DNA from: Anthoceros angustus
Taxonomy: Eukaryota > Plantae > Anthocerotophyta
NCBI GenBank assembly: GCA_010909165.1
Contig: MU008188.1
Coordinates: 248,001-312,000, forward strand
DNA length: 64,000 bases
Reading direction: 5' to 3'
Under the pieces are notes generated by a model. It was given only the letters and a program-made list of their open reading frames with translations. It made no database searches and had not been told where the DNA came from. Of this stretch, positions 37,406-49,943 are shown piece after piece (within the stretch, counting starts at the first letter, position 1; every line of letters begins with the position of its first letter). The translations under genes and the position numbers were made by a program.

Positions 37406-39679
37406 TCAATTTGTGTTGTTTTCCATGTGCGACTGCTGCATGCAATGGAAGACTTTAACCTGGCAGAGAGGTTGTCCAGCATCATCGGCAAACGTGAGCC
37501 TGCGTTTAGGTTTCCTTTCCCCCCCCCCCTGCATAGCGGAGCGTGACATGTGTTAGGACCTATAGGGTGGCCCGGCCTTGGCCCTTTAAGCAGGAAACTG
37601 ATGAAACTGACCAGGGCCCGTGGACTCCTAACCCGTTGAGAGGACGAAGCAGTTCTGCAGTGGCGGTGGCAGTCCTTCACCATTCTCTGCAAACATCTTC
37701 TTGCCATGTGTTCCACTCGCACAGCGCTGTTGGAAGCCTCCTTCAGCTGCACAGCAACACCATTGTGAGCAAGAGTGGGTGTACAACACTGTAGGGGCTG
37801 AGAAGAAGCCCTGGCCCGCCCTTGCTTTTTACCTTGTCGTCATGTGCGGCACTGTGTTCATCCACTACGTAACGCAGAGTGCGCAGCTCCTTCATCAGCC
37901 TGCCTGCCAGATCCTCCATGAGCTGCATCTGACGCTGAGAGAAGTTTGCAGCCTGTTGTGCGCAGACTCGGACACCCTCGCACTCCGCACACGCACAAGG
38001 AGCCTTGCAGCCACCAGCAGCCTTGAGGATGCTCTTCACAGCCGGTGCCTTGATAGCTGCCCCGTCAGCAGGCAGCAAAGCTCCAGCTTGCTCTTGCTCG
38101 GCGACGAGCTCTGCGCTGTGCTCCACAGCAGGCAGCGCATAGTGTCCTGCAACGGCATCAAGATCGGGTATGAGCCACATCACATCACCAAACACCTGCC
38201 ATACATGCAACTTGTGTGGTGCAGGCTGCTTACTGGCGCGACCCGAGCATAAGCCCAGGCGAACTGGACCGAAGTCCGGCGCCGCTGCTTGATCTGCATC
38301 GCATCTGGCACGCTTCCGAGGCGCATCAAATTCCTACACACCACCAGATTGACAAGGTAAGAGATGCACTCATGAACCACTTCAGGCACAACAACAACAT
38401 GTCCATTCCCTGCCGCTCCTACCTCATCAAATTGCAGCCTCCTCTTGCCAGGCTGGAGAACTAAAGGTGGAGACGACCCATTCCCACCGATATCCAGATC
38501 ATCAACACGGCAACCGATTTCCTCCTGAGAGATGCTACTGCCGCAGGCTATGGCCATGGTGCCATCCTCGAGCTCATGCTGTGGGCAGATGGCTTGCAGC
38601 ATGCCAGTCGAATGTGGTGATGCTGCCGACGAATCCGTATCATGACGAGAGGCTGTCCACTGTAAGCCCAGAGTGGAGGCCCCTGTATTCCTCAACCTCA
38701 AGTCCACAGACTTAGCAGCACCGAATGTGCCGAAGGCGGTGAGAGCCGGCTCAGGCAAGCTGGCAACGGCAGCAGTCGTCGTGATGCCATGGCCTCCACC
38801 TTTCTGGAATGTCACCAGCAGAAGCACTGAGGTCCGCAGCCTGACCCAGGTGTGAGCAATCCCGCCAGGAGCAGCAACTCGTCGCAGACGACGCCCCGTA
38901 ATGTAAGGCTGGATGTATTCAACAGTCGGTGCCGTCCTCTTTCTCCAGTCCCAGCGCGAGCCGAGCACCAGTGCACCGGATTGGTGTGGAGCAGGGGCCC
39001 GCACCAGCTGCTGCGTCAACCCGGAAAGGAAGGCAGTGATCACCTGTGACACCGTAACCGAAATGTCAGCCGGAGCAGGCGCCGTGGTGGTGGAAAATGG
39101 TACCAGCTGGGCACCCGCTCCTGCTTCTGTTTCTGCTGCTTCTCCGGCTCCTGCATCTCCTTCTCCTTCTGCTTCGGCTGCTGCTCCTTCCCCTTCTGGT
39201 TGAACTTCTGCCTCAGCTTCAGCATACGCTTGTGCCTCAGCTTCAGCATACGCTTGTGCCTCAGCTTCTTCATAAGCCCCTGCCTCAGTTTCTGCATAAG
39301 CTTCTCCCTCTGCCTCTGCATAAGCTTCTGCCTCAGCCTCTGCATAAGCTTCTGCCTCAGGCTTTGCATAAGCTTCTACATCCGCTCCTGCATAAGCTTC
39401 TGCCTCTGCCTCAGCTTCTGCCTCAGCTTCTGCCTCAGCTTCTGCCTCAGCTTCTGCCTCAGCTTCTGCCTCAGCTTCTGCCTCAGCTTCTGCCCGTGCT
39501 GGCACTGAGAATGCAATGCAGCTATCCTGCAGCATGGACTGGAGGGAGACATGGAGGTTGAGGCAGGGGCGCTTGGGGGATTCACACTCCTTCAGCAACT
39601 CCGTCAAGGACCTGTACCTGCGCTTCCGCCTGGCCTTGCCCAGGCGCTTGCAGTCGCGTGGCGGTGAGGCCATAGCCAT
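37406..39679 (-). CDS. Uncharacterised protein: basic N-terminus, (Ala-Glu)n tract, CxCxxC-helix module, C-terminal PP1-docking-like motif
   Basis: 499-codon ORF from ATG 39679. Downstream GT-AG-linked exons give KSILKAAGGCKAPCACAEC...FSQRQMQLMEDLAGRLMKELRTLR, LKEAS...MVKDCHRHCR and GGGERKPKRRLTFADDAGQPLCQVKVF; TGA at 37406. One internal splice junction unresolved. Confidence 0.7.
39200..39495 (-). repeat. Coding tandem repeat: 12-bp units (GCAGAAGCTGAG)n grading into 24-bp units
   Basis: About 8 near-perfect cttctgcctcag copies at 39400-39495 (AEAE...), followed by AEAEAYAE-type 8-aa repeats. Confidence 0.95.
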
Positions 39680-39889
39680 TGAGCGGGAAGTGGCCCGCTC
39701 GGCCGCACACTCTCCTCACCTCATCTCTCCAACACAAACAGGAAAGCGCGCGAAAAGCCACATCGGCCGGACAAACAGCCCTTCCGCCCCGTCCTGCTCC
39801 AGCCTCGATTCCTGAACTTCCATACAAGGCGATAATAAACACACGGCCGCGGACCGGGAGTGTGCCGGTGCTGATCCTGCCTTCCCTTC

Positions 39890-42800
39890 ATGGCCGGCCT
39901 GGCGCTGCACCTGCCTCCGGCACCGGTGCGCCACTCGCCTCTCTTTCCAGGAAGCTGCGGCGGCGGCGGCAGGCGAAGCAGGAGCAGGAGGGGTTGCGCC
40001 CGCCCTCGACCATCTCCCCCCCTGCGCGCTGCTTTGGCGGACCTCCAATCCCAGCCTCAGCCGCAGTCCGCAGCAGTGTCGCCGTTCACTCGCAGATTTC
40101 GCATTGCGGATGTGGTGCTTGCGCCGGATGGCGGGGCGGGCCGCGTCGGGGAGCTCCTCCTGGTCAAGGGCTGGGTGCGGACTGCGCGCCAGCAGAAGGC
40201 CTGCACCTTCGTCCAGGTATGGAGAACCGCACTCATCCCTGGCAGGCTCTTGTCCCTGGCACTCAGCTCATGCCTGGCTTGCTTGGATTACATTCAGATC
40301 AACGACGGCTCCTCCGTCGCCAACATTCAGGCGGTGGTCACCCCCGAGGTTCAGGGCTACGACATCGTAAGCCTCCTGCTTCCCACCACCGGCTGTGTCC
40401 TACAATCTACACTTGCTCTCATGTCGCATTTTTCCAGATACTGTCCGGCCTGGTATCCACAGGAGCGTCTGTGGCTGTGGAAGGTGTTCTGGTCCAAAGC
40501 CCCGGATCTAAGCAGAAAGTGGAGCTGAAAGCTACCAGACTGACCCTGGTACTCCACTTCACTTTCTCTTATTGCCTGCTGCCTGCTGCTCGCTTGCGGT
40601 GCTGTTCTTTCTACTAACGCGTCTCCACTCCTGCAAGATCGGAGCAAGTGATCCGGCATCGTTTCCGGTGCAGAAGAAGAACCTCAGCCGCGAGTACCTG
40701 CGGACAATCGCACATCTGCGACCTCGGACTAATTCCTTCGCTGCGGTACGCTTTGTCTTTCGGTCTAAGCGTATAGGCATTTGATTGGATTCAATGTGGC
40801 ACAGCTGACCTAGCCTGCCTTGTTGTTGCAGGTTGCAAGAGTTCGGAATGCGTTAGCATACGCGACACATCAGTTCTTCCAATCTATGGGTTTTGTATGG
40901 GTTGCTAGCCCCGTTATAACTGCATCCGATTGTGAAGGAGCTGGAGAGCAGTTCTGTGTGACGACCTTGGTAAGCAGCTATTATTTAAATGTCTCGCAAC
41001 CCGTTACGTTGTGCTCGGCAATCCGAGTCTCAACACTGCGTGCCCTTCTGTGCAGATGCCGAATGCTCTCAAGGACCCTGATGCGTCTTTGCGCCATGTA
41101 CCCACAACTGAGGCTGGTTCTATTGATTGGTCCAAGGTGACCACGGGACCTTGCACCTAATCGTCCACGCTGTTTTTCTTGTCAGCTAGCTGCACTTTTC
41201 CAGCTCTGAGAGGCCAAGATTTGGGTTTCAAGGGTCGGCTTGAGTACCACTACCGGATCATCTTGTCTCGTGTCTCTGCATTGCTTTGGGTGCGTACAAT
41301 GGTTCCTGAGCGTGTGCTTGCCACTCCACAGGATTTTTTCGGAAAGCCTGCTTACTTGACGGTATCGGGGCAGCTGAACGCAGAAACGTATGCCACATCC
41401 TTGTATGATGTAAGAGCTGTGTGCCTAGCCTCCCGGTGGTTGTTGCTCCATCTTTTGCTAGCTGTTTCCAGGTACCACTGTTTTTCTGCCAACGAAGTAA
41501 CGGAAGCCCTGGATCTTAGCTTGCAAAACTCTCTGGGTTTTTGGTCAACAGGTGTACACCTTTGGACCAACATTTAGAGCTGAAAACTCAAATACCACTC
41601 GGCATCTTGCTGAATTTTGGGTGTGTGAGTGCCAGTCCTTCGAAATTTGCATTTGTTGGCTTGGAAGTCATTTTCTGTTTGTCGGACTTGTGTAGATATG
41701 GCTAATTCGAATCCTGAACTTTCAACCCTATTCAAATCTCATGAATGGCCGCAGATGATAGAGCCAGAGCTTGCATTTGCAGACCTGCAAGATGACATGG
41801 CATGTGCCACAGCTTATCTCCAGTACGTCGTATGTGACACTCCTTGTCTTGCACTACGCAATGTGTTTCATTTTTGCAACGTGGCTACAGAACCGTGCAG
41901 ATTGTATCGCTTATTTGGCTGATGTTGGGCTTTGGGTATGTACAGGTAAAGTATGTCCTTGACAACTGCAAGGAGGACATGGAGTTCTTCGATCAATGGA
42001 TAGAAAAGGGAATTATAGAACGACTATCTGTGAGTGGGTGACTATCTTCGTCCTTCATGTAAATTTTCCTCTTCGCAGCTTGATCGTCCTTCTGATGGAA
42101 CTCTAGATGAGCACTGCCGTTTCCTCATTTGTGCAGGACGTTGCAGACAAGCAAATTGTTCATCTTACCTATACAGATGCCATCAATCTCCTACGCAAGG
42201 CCAGCAAGAGTTTTGAGTTTCCTGTATGTATGTTCATACCCATTATCATGCTTAGGCAGCACGCAGGAGGAGGTTATTGTCTTGTTCATCTTGTCTTTTT
42301 CTCCGTGGTGCATTGCTGTGCCTTTCCCTCTTGCTTTTCTTTCTTCATTCACAAGCCTTTCATACATGAAGTGGTTGTCTAAAGCAATTATGCATGCTTG
42401 AACTGGGCTGCAGGTCAATTGGGGAGTTGACTTGCAGAGCGAACACGAAAGATATCTCACTGAGGAAGCCTTCAAAGGAAGGCCAGTCATAGTCACGGAT
42501 TATCCGAAGGCAAAAGAAAACTGTCTTCAACCCTTCCCATTTACACGCCGGTGTTGCCTATTTCTGACATCAGGTTCTGTTGTTCAGGACATAAAAGCAT
42601 TTTACATGCGGGAAAATGATGATGGGCGGACTGTTGCTGCAATGGATTTGCTTGTTCCAAGGGTACAGTTGATGAATGCCATTTGTCGACTCCGCCGGTA
42701 TCTTCTGTTGAATTCATTATGCTGAACAGGAGCATTGTGCTAAAAACTAGATCGGCGAGCTGATTGGTGGAAGTCAGCGAGAAGAAAGACTGGATAAGCT

Positions 42801-43088
42801 AGAAAAGAAGATATCTGAAGCTGGGCTGAAGAAGGAGAGCTATTGGTGGTACCTTGATCTACGTCGATACGGATCAGGTGTGGTTGAGCTCTTTGTCCAA
42901 CGTCTGGTGTGGGATGTAATCTAGCGGACATTCTGGGGATTTTACTGACATTGGTTTTTGCTCGTGTGTCAGTTCCACATGCAGGATTTGGCCTAGGTTT
43001 CGAGAGGCTCGTGCAGTTCTCTACGGGTATGGAAAACATCAGGGATGTGATTCCATTTCCTCGGAGTCCTGGATCCGCTGAGTTCTGA
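39890..43088 (+). CDS. asnS: Asparagine-tRNA ligase, organellar (plastid/mitochondrial) type, multi-exon
   Basis: Transit-like N-terminus; [123 protein letters not shown]; TGA 43086-43088. Confidence 0.95.
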
Positions 43089-43168
43089 CGAGACAGTCCC
43101 TCCGAACCTTCATGAGAATGAGTATTCTTCATGTGAAATTCCTCATCCGTATTCTATAACTGACCTGT

Positions 43169-43280
43169 CCTAATTTCAAATTCCCGAAGCGGGGAATTCC
43201 TTTCAAGATACCGGAAAGGAAGCCTAATTTCAAACTCTCGAAGCGGGGTGTTCCTTTCCAGTATCTGGAAAGGAAGCCTA
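43169..43280. repeat. Two-copy 54-bp tandem repeat with internal hairpins
   Basis: Units start at 43169 and 43223 (cctaatttcaaa...ggaaaggaag), with a partial third unit ccta. Confidence 0.9.
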
Positions 43281-43319
43281 CTGAATGACACGGACTTAGC
43301 GCCTCTGGAAAATGGTGTC

Positions 43320-43600
43320 GCTAGGGGGCGGGCTTCTCAGTTCACGGGGTTTTGGGGATTCTCACTGGCAAGCCTCATTGGTCACCCGGTGCGGCCTTTC
43401 CCTCCACACTCTCTCTCCTCTTTTTCCTGCCTCCCCCGTTCCTTTCCCTCGTTTCCTCTCCCCATTCAGCTTCCCATCCCGGTTTCCCCCCCCTCCCTCT
43501 CCTCCGCGTTTTCCCTGCGGGTTGCCTCTCCATTCTCTCCTCCCCTTCCCGGTTTTTCTCGTCTTCCCACTCCGCTGTTTTGTGTTCCCAAAGCGACGCC
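43320..43600 (+). promoter_or_regulatory. Promoter/5'UTR-like GC box, CCAAT and long pyrimidine patch with no recognised downstream ORF
   Basis: GGGGCGGG near 43325, ATTGG near 43377, then about 190 nt of C/T-rich sequence resembling the leaders of other genes here. Confidence 0.3.
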
Positions 43601-43764
43601 TGTTTCAGGAGGCGTTAAAGGCCTCCCGCCTATCCCCGCGGGTGCCTCCGACTTCCGTCCGTCGTTTAGATTTACTGATCTAGTGTTATTGTTGTTGCGT
43701 TGACAATTCAAGATTGGAAGTTTGAAGGCATATTAGGAGGATCTTTCCGAAAAAGATTGTGATC

Positions 43765-44350
43765 AGTAACACCCTCACTGCGCAGCCAGTAAGGAAGCGA
43801 CAAGTGCTGGCTTCCCAGCAGTCTAGGACCTCGCCAATTCACTCCACAAGAGACTTGCACGATTCTCAACGCCTCAACCTCACAACACAAGACTAGGCTC
43901 CAAGTAGCCCGCCGTCCATCGACGACTCAGTGCCACCTCCTCGAGGTGCTGCTCTTTATTACAAGAATACAACGATGGAATCGGCTATCGCCCAGCTCGC
44001 CTTGATTCCATGACAAGCTCACTAGCTAGCTCTCCACGACTCTCTCAACACAAGGCTTGCAGCGCTTGCTCTCTCTCAAAGAATGAGTAACTTGTAACTT
44101 GTTCCTCAAAACCCTTGCTCTAGCCCTTATATATCCTGACTGACCTTAACTAGGCATTTGTTAAATCTAGGGATTCTTACGGACCACTAATCACTAAGAG
44201 TCCTCTCTAGGCGGCTCTTCATTTGTGGTGCAATTCCTCTCTAACAAGAGATTGCATGAAGCATGCAACACATGCATCTTCTTAACAGGCTACTAACTTA
44301 GCTTTTACCTTTTCAACTTTTCACCTTTCTACCTTGTTTCACGTCTTACT
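43765..44350 (-). repeat. 3' LTR (586 bp) with AGTAA...TTACT termini
   Basis: Directly follows the PPT; 43765-43947 matches 49944-50116. Confidence 0.85.
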
Positions 44351-46747
44351 CTCTCCCCTTTGGGAAGATGTCATTGTCCTCAATGACCTCCGATTATGTG
44401 AGATCATCCATGATCCTTGTTGCACATCTTCAAGTGAAACCAGACGGGATGCATAACCACGAAGCCTTACGGATACTCGGTACATTACCACAGACGATGG
44501 GCACTTCTCTCTGCCAGAATTCAACAATCTCCCGCGACCATGATTGTGTTGAACCGGGATGACATAATCCTTCTGTTCATATCTTCATTCTCTTCGAAAT
44601 CACAAATGGTTTGACAAAGAGACATGAAACACATTATGAGAGAAGATCCATTCGCAGTAGTTTGTAAGCCACATTTCCAATGCGCTTGAACTACGAAAGG
44701 TCCTCCATACTTAGGCCTTAACTTTGAGGTCGCCCTTGTGGCGTGGGAAATTCTTCAATTTCACCCACACCTTGTCTCCTACTTGAAACTCGCCTCTTGC
44801 ACATGCTGTCAAACTTCTTTTGCACATCCGAGCCTTGGCCAATATCTTCTTAGCAACTTCATGCACGGCCCTTAAGCGCTCAATGAATTCACGTGGTTCT
44901 CTTGCTGCCTCAAACACGCTAGCATTCAACATGGAAACTACGTCCATTGCTTCGTTACATCATCACGAAAGGTGTGTAGCCTGTGGAGCTATATGTGTTA
45001 TTATAACAAAATTACGCATCCTCAAGATGATTACTCGGTCTCGGTCCATACATACATAGTGTCGTAAGTATTCTTCTTGGATTCATTCACCCTCTCTGTT
45101 GATCCATCATATCGTGGTGGTACTGCTCATACATAATTGCACTCCTAAGCTCTTCATAATTGCACTCCTAAGCTCTTCATACATTGCCAAAACTCGCAGA
45201 ACTGGGATCTCTCACTCACAATGCGCAGTCCATGTAACACATATACATGCTTCTTGAACAATCGAGCAACTTGAGCTTTCACTCGCTTCTTCGTAGGGAT
45301 GAAGTGTGCTTGCTTGAATCTATCAACCCTTGTCATGATAGTGTGTCCATTCTTGGTGGCAATGGCATAATGAAATCCATTGATATACTTTTCCAAGGCC
45401 CACTTGGAATAGGCGGTTGCAACAAACCTCGGGTTATGCGCTCCACCTTATCCTGCGTCTACACAAGACTTAACATACTCAACGGTATGCTTGTACATTC
45501 GAGCCGATAAAAGCGACTTTCTCAACTTCTCATAAGTTGGGTCAATTCCTCTATGACTGCACTTGGCACATCATGACACTCTGCAAGCAACTTCCTTCTC
45601 AACACATGAGAATCGGGAATCACAATCTGTTTTGCTTGAACATCAACAAGCCATTTCTAAGCTTAAACTTAGATCCGGTTGCTCCACTTCATTGATCCAA
45701 TCACATACTAATGGATCTCGCAGATAAGCTTCCTTGATCTGCGTGTGAGTGTCCTTGGCTCAATCACCATCCGTGTTGCTAGCTTAGGCCTCTTACGTAA
45801 GCGGTTATCAAACTTAAACTACCTTGCGACTCAAAGCATCCGCCACGAGATTCTCCTTCCACTTGTACTTGATAGACACATCATACATTGCTAGGAAATC
45901 TTGCCATCTAGCTTTGTCTTGCGCTTAGTCGCAGTGATTTGTAAAGAAGCTCGTGCTTACATTGTCGTATGCGGCACAAAGATCTTCCTAGAAGATAATG
46001 TCTCCAAATCTTGAGACAATTGATGACAGCAATCATCTCCTTTTCATAAGTAGGGTACTTCCTTTCATGTTCATGCAACTTCCTTGATTCGTAAGCCACC
46101 GGCCTACCTTCTTGCATGAGCACTCCGCCAATTGCAATATCTGACGCATCAGTATAAACCTCTATATCCTTCTTTGGATCATAGATTGCCAATATTGGGG
46201 TAGTGCTCAGTTTCAACTTCAAAAACTCGAATGCCCTCTGACATTCATCATCCCACTTCCAAGCCTTCGCCTTCTTCAAGAGATCGATTAATGGGCGAAT
46301 CTTGGCAAACATCGGTACAAATCTTACATACGCTAGCCAATCCCAAAACATACGCACCTCGTGCACATTCGTTGGCGTGACCAACTCTGTATAACCTTTA
46401 CCTTATCGGGATCCATCCACGATACCATCCATGAGACAATGAATCCTAGGAAGTCTATCTCTTCCTTAACAAAGTCACACTTTGTTATAGCTAAGAACAA
46501 AGAATTTGCTCTTAACCTTTCTAACACTTTCCTCAAGTGTTGGACATGCTCTTCAAGGTAGGCTGTATATCATGATGTCATCCAAGTATATCACAACACA
46601 CTCATCCAGCGGATCTCTAATATAGTATTCATGAGAGTCTGAAACGTGGTTGGTGCATTAGTGAGTCCAAATGGCATGACAAGGAACTCAAAAGATCCAG
46701 ACCTTGTTCTACAAGGTCTTGTATTCATGTCCCGATGCGAATCACGG

Positions 46748-49162
46748 TAATAGCGCCATTAGATCCGACTTGGTGAAATACTTAGCACCTCTCAATCATC
46801 AAACAAGTCATCCATCCTTGGCAAAGGATAAGAATTCTTCAACATTGTCGATTGAGTGCTCGTAATCCAAGCATAATCTCAATCCTCCATTCTTCTTGCG
46901 TGAACAACAGGCGCGCAAATGGGGACTTTGAGATTCTCACATAGCCCTTGGCTAGCGGTTAGACATCTGTCTCTTGACTCTTGTAGCTCATCCTGCGATA
47001 ATCTATATGGCGCTCTTGAAGGCGGTGTACTTCACGGCTTGAGATCAATCTCATGATCTACAATTCTTCTAGGAGGTAAAGGAGGCAACTCATCGGGCAT
47101 CAAGTCCTTGAACTCATTCAAGGCGGCTGTGCACTTCCTTGGAATCTTTGGTGCTCGAGACTCCATCTCAAGACCATCTTCTAGTCCTTGCAGCACAAGT
47201 AAAGAGTTCCTCTCCATCCTTTACACAACATTTGAGCTCTTTCTTAGAGATGATATCATCAATGTTGTCTCCAAGCCTCTGCTTGAGGCGCACAACTCAC
47301 TTTGTGCTCTTCATCTCCTAAGATCACATGGTGCGTGAGTCCACGTTCACACATACCTTGTTGGCCTTCATCCATTCTAAGCCCAAGATGATTTCATGAT
47401 CATCCATATCTACAAGTGAAGCTCACCGCTCCATTCCAATTCCCTATCTGCGGCACTTCTTGCAATTCACCTTTGTGTTGCGGCATTCCTTTAGCTTGTT
47501 TCACTCTACATGGCTCGGATGTACTAGCCCATGTCAAACCAAGCTTGCTTGCCTTGCTAGGAGAAATGAAATTATGTGTTCTTTGCTAAGTCAAGCAACA
47601 TCCTCGCTCGCTCCATTTATACATCCATGTATGTACATGAGCTCTCCACCCGCCTCCGAATAGTCATCCTCGGCACTCACGAGACTCACCACATGCGACT
47701 TCGCAACATGTGGCGATCCGTCATTTGGGATCCTCGGATCCGCCACTTGTAATCACGAGTCTTGGTGTGGATCTCATACCCTCGTTGAGATTCATTCGGG
47801 CATTCATTTGCATAATGTCCGGCTCTCCACATGAGTAGCATACTCCTTTTCGAGAACCTCCAGCTCATGACCTCTGCGCTCTCGATTTCTTCATGAAATT
47901 TCCTCTTGAATTGCCTCTTGCAATTCCATTTCCGATGTCATGTCCTTCTACGCGAATAATAATAGCGCCATTAGATCCGACTTGGTGAAATACTTAGCAC
48001 CTCTCAATCAAACAAGTCATCCATCCTTGGCAAAGGATAAGAATTCTTCAACATTATCGATTGAGTGCTCGTAATCCAAGCATAATCTCAATCCTCCATT
48101 CTTCTTGCGTGAACAACAGGCGCGCAAATGGGGACTTTGAGATTCTCACATAGCCCTTGGCTAGCGGTTAGACATCTGTCTCTTGACTCTTGTAGCTCAT
48201 CCTGCGATAATCTATATGGCGCTCTTGAAGGCGGTGTACTTCACGGCAGATCAATCTCATGATCTACGATTCTTCTAGGAGGTAAAGGAGGCAACTCATC
48301 AGGCATCAAGTCCTTGAACTCATTCAAGTTAGCCTGCACTTCCCTTGGAATCTTTGGCTGCTCCTGAGACTCCATCTCAAGACCATCTTCTAGTCCTTGT
48401 AGCACAAGTAAAAAGAGTTCCTCTCCATCCTTTACACAACATTTGAGCTCTTTCTTAGAGATGATATCATCAATGTTGTCTCCAAGCCTCTGCTTGAGAA
48501 CTGCACAACTCACTTTGTGCTCTTCATCTCCTAAGATCTGTATGGTGCGTGAGTCCACGTTCACACATACCTTGTTGGCCTTCATCCATTCTAAGCCCAA
48601 GATGATTTCATGATCATCCATATCTACAATGAAGCTCGCTCCATTCCAATTCCCTATCTGCGGCACTTCTTGCAATTCACCTTTGTGTTTGCATTCCTTT
48701 AGCTTGTTTCACTCTACATGGCTCGGATGTACTAGCCCATGTCAAACCAAGCTTGCTTGCCTTGCTAGGAGAAATGAAATTATGTGTTTGTCAAGCAACA
48801 TCCTCGCTCGCTCCATTTATACATCCATGTATGTACATGAGCTCTCCACCCGCCTCCGAATAGTCTGTCCTCGGCACTCGAGACTCACCACATGCGCCTT
48901 CGCAACATGTGGCCGATCCGTCATTTGGGATCCTCGGATCCGCCACTTGTAATCACGAGTCTTGGTGTGGATCTCCTTACGCTACGTTGAGTCTTCGGCA
49001 TTCGGGCATTCATTTGCATAATGTCCCGGCTCTCCACATGAGTAGCATACTCCTTTTCGAGAACCCATACTGGCTGTTCTCTGAGCTCCGCGGCCTCTGC
49101 GCGCTCCTCGATTTCTTCCGCGGAAATTTCCTCTTGAATTGCCTCTTGCAATTCCATTTCCG
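46748..49162 (-). repeat. ~1.2 kb tandem duplication of gag-end/protease/RT-start inside the chromovirus
   Basis: 46748-47934 and 47960-49162 are near-identical apart from small indels, with a 25-nt unrelated spacer. Confidence 0.9.
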
Positions 49163-49943
49163 CCAGTGTCCTTAGCAGCTCCTCTGCTGGCACTACTAGA
49201 GCTTCCTCTAGTTTGGGCATACCGACCACGGGTACTGCCTCGAAATCTTCTGGAGGAGTTGGATGTACTAGAATGGAAAGTATCTGGGATGGCATCTGCT
49301 GTAATGGCCTCTGCCAATGTAGTTGGACTATGCAACTCAATTCATTGCAGCCCAATCCTTCAAACCCGACCATGAAGCGATGCGGTTTGTCATCTTCACT
49401 CATGGTAGTGCGGTGCGGACTTCAGAAGGTACTTACATAATCTCGTACAATACTGTTTGCTTGATATTGTCAAGGCTGTATAGAAGCATTCGCGAGTTGG
49501 CCTTCTTGAGGGCTTCTTTGAAGGATGCCCGATGCATGATGGTGTCAGGCAGGGCTAACTTCATGCTCGATTTTGGAGCCACTTTGAAGATGCCGCATTA
49601 ACAGGAAGATTTCTTGTTGATCTTCATCTTCCTTGTTGAGTTGTGGGCTCTGAAATTGCCTTTGTCTTCTTCCTTGAAGTCATTACATCGTCTAAGACAC
49701 TGGAAGAACTTGATAAAGTACTTCCACCATCCGTTCTTCAGTCCTCTGACTTCTCTCCAGATGGGCCTGCTGTGCTCTCAGGCGGCGCTCTCACTTCCTC
49801 TTATTCCGACGATGATGAATCTTGAGTGGTTGAGGCGGATGATTGGCGGAGGCTGCGCTTCTTGACCTCTCCTTCGCTTCTCATTGACCATCTTGTGCAC
49901 TCTCTAGTCACTCGGAGGAATGGACTACGCTCGATACCACTCA

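Noticed and set aside
39200-39495. Regular short repeats as a CRISPR-like array
   Set aside because: No unique spacers; it is an in-frame coding minisatellite in a eukaryotic gene.
43169-43280. Hairpin repeat as a Helitron 3' terminus
   Set aside because: No CTRR end at the expected distance on either strand.
49926-49939. tRNA-Met-complementary sequence (also at 55683-55695) as tRNA genes
   Set aside because: These are short primer-binding sites next to LTRs, with no cloverleaf.
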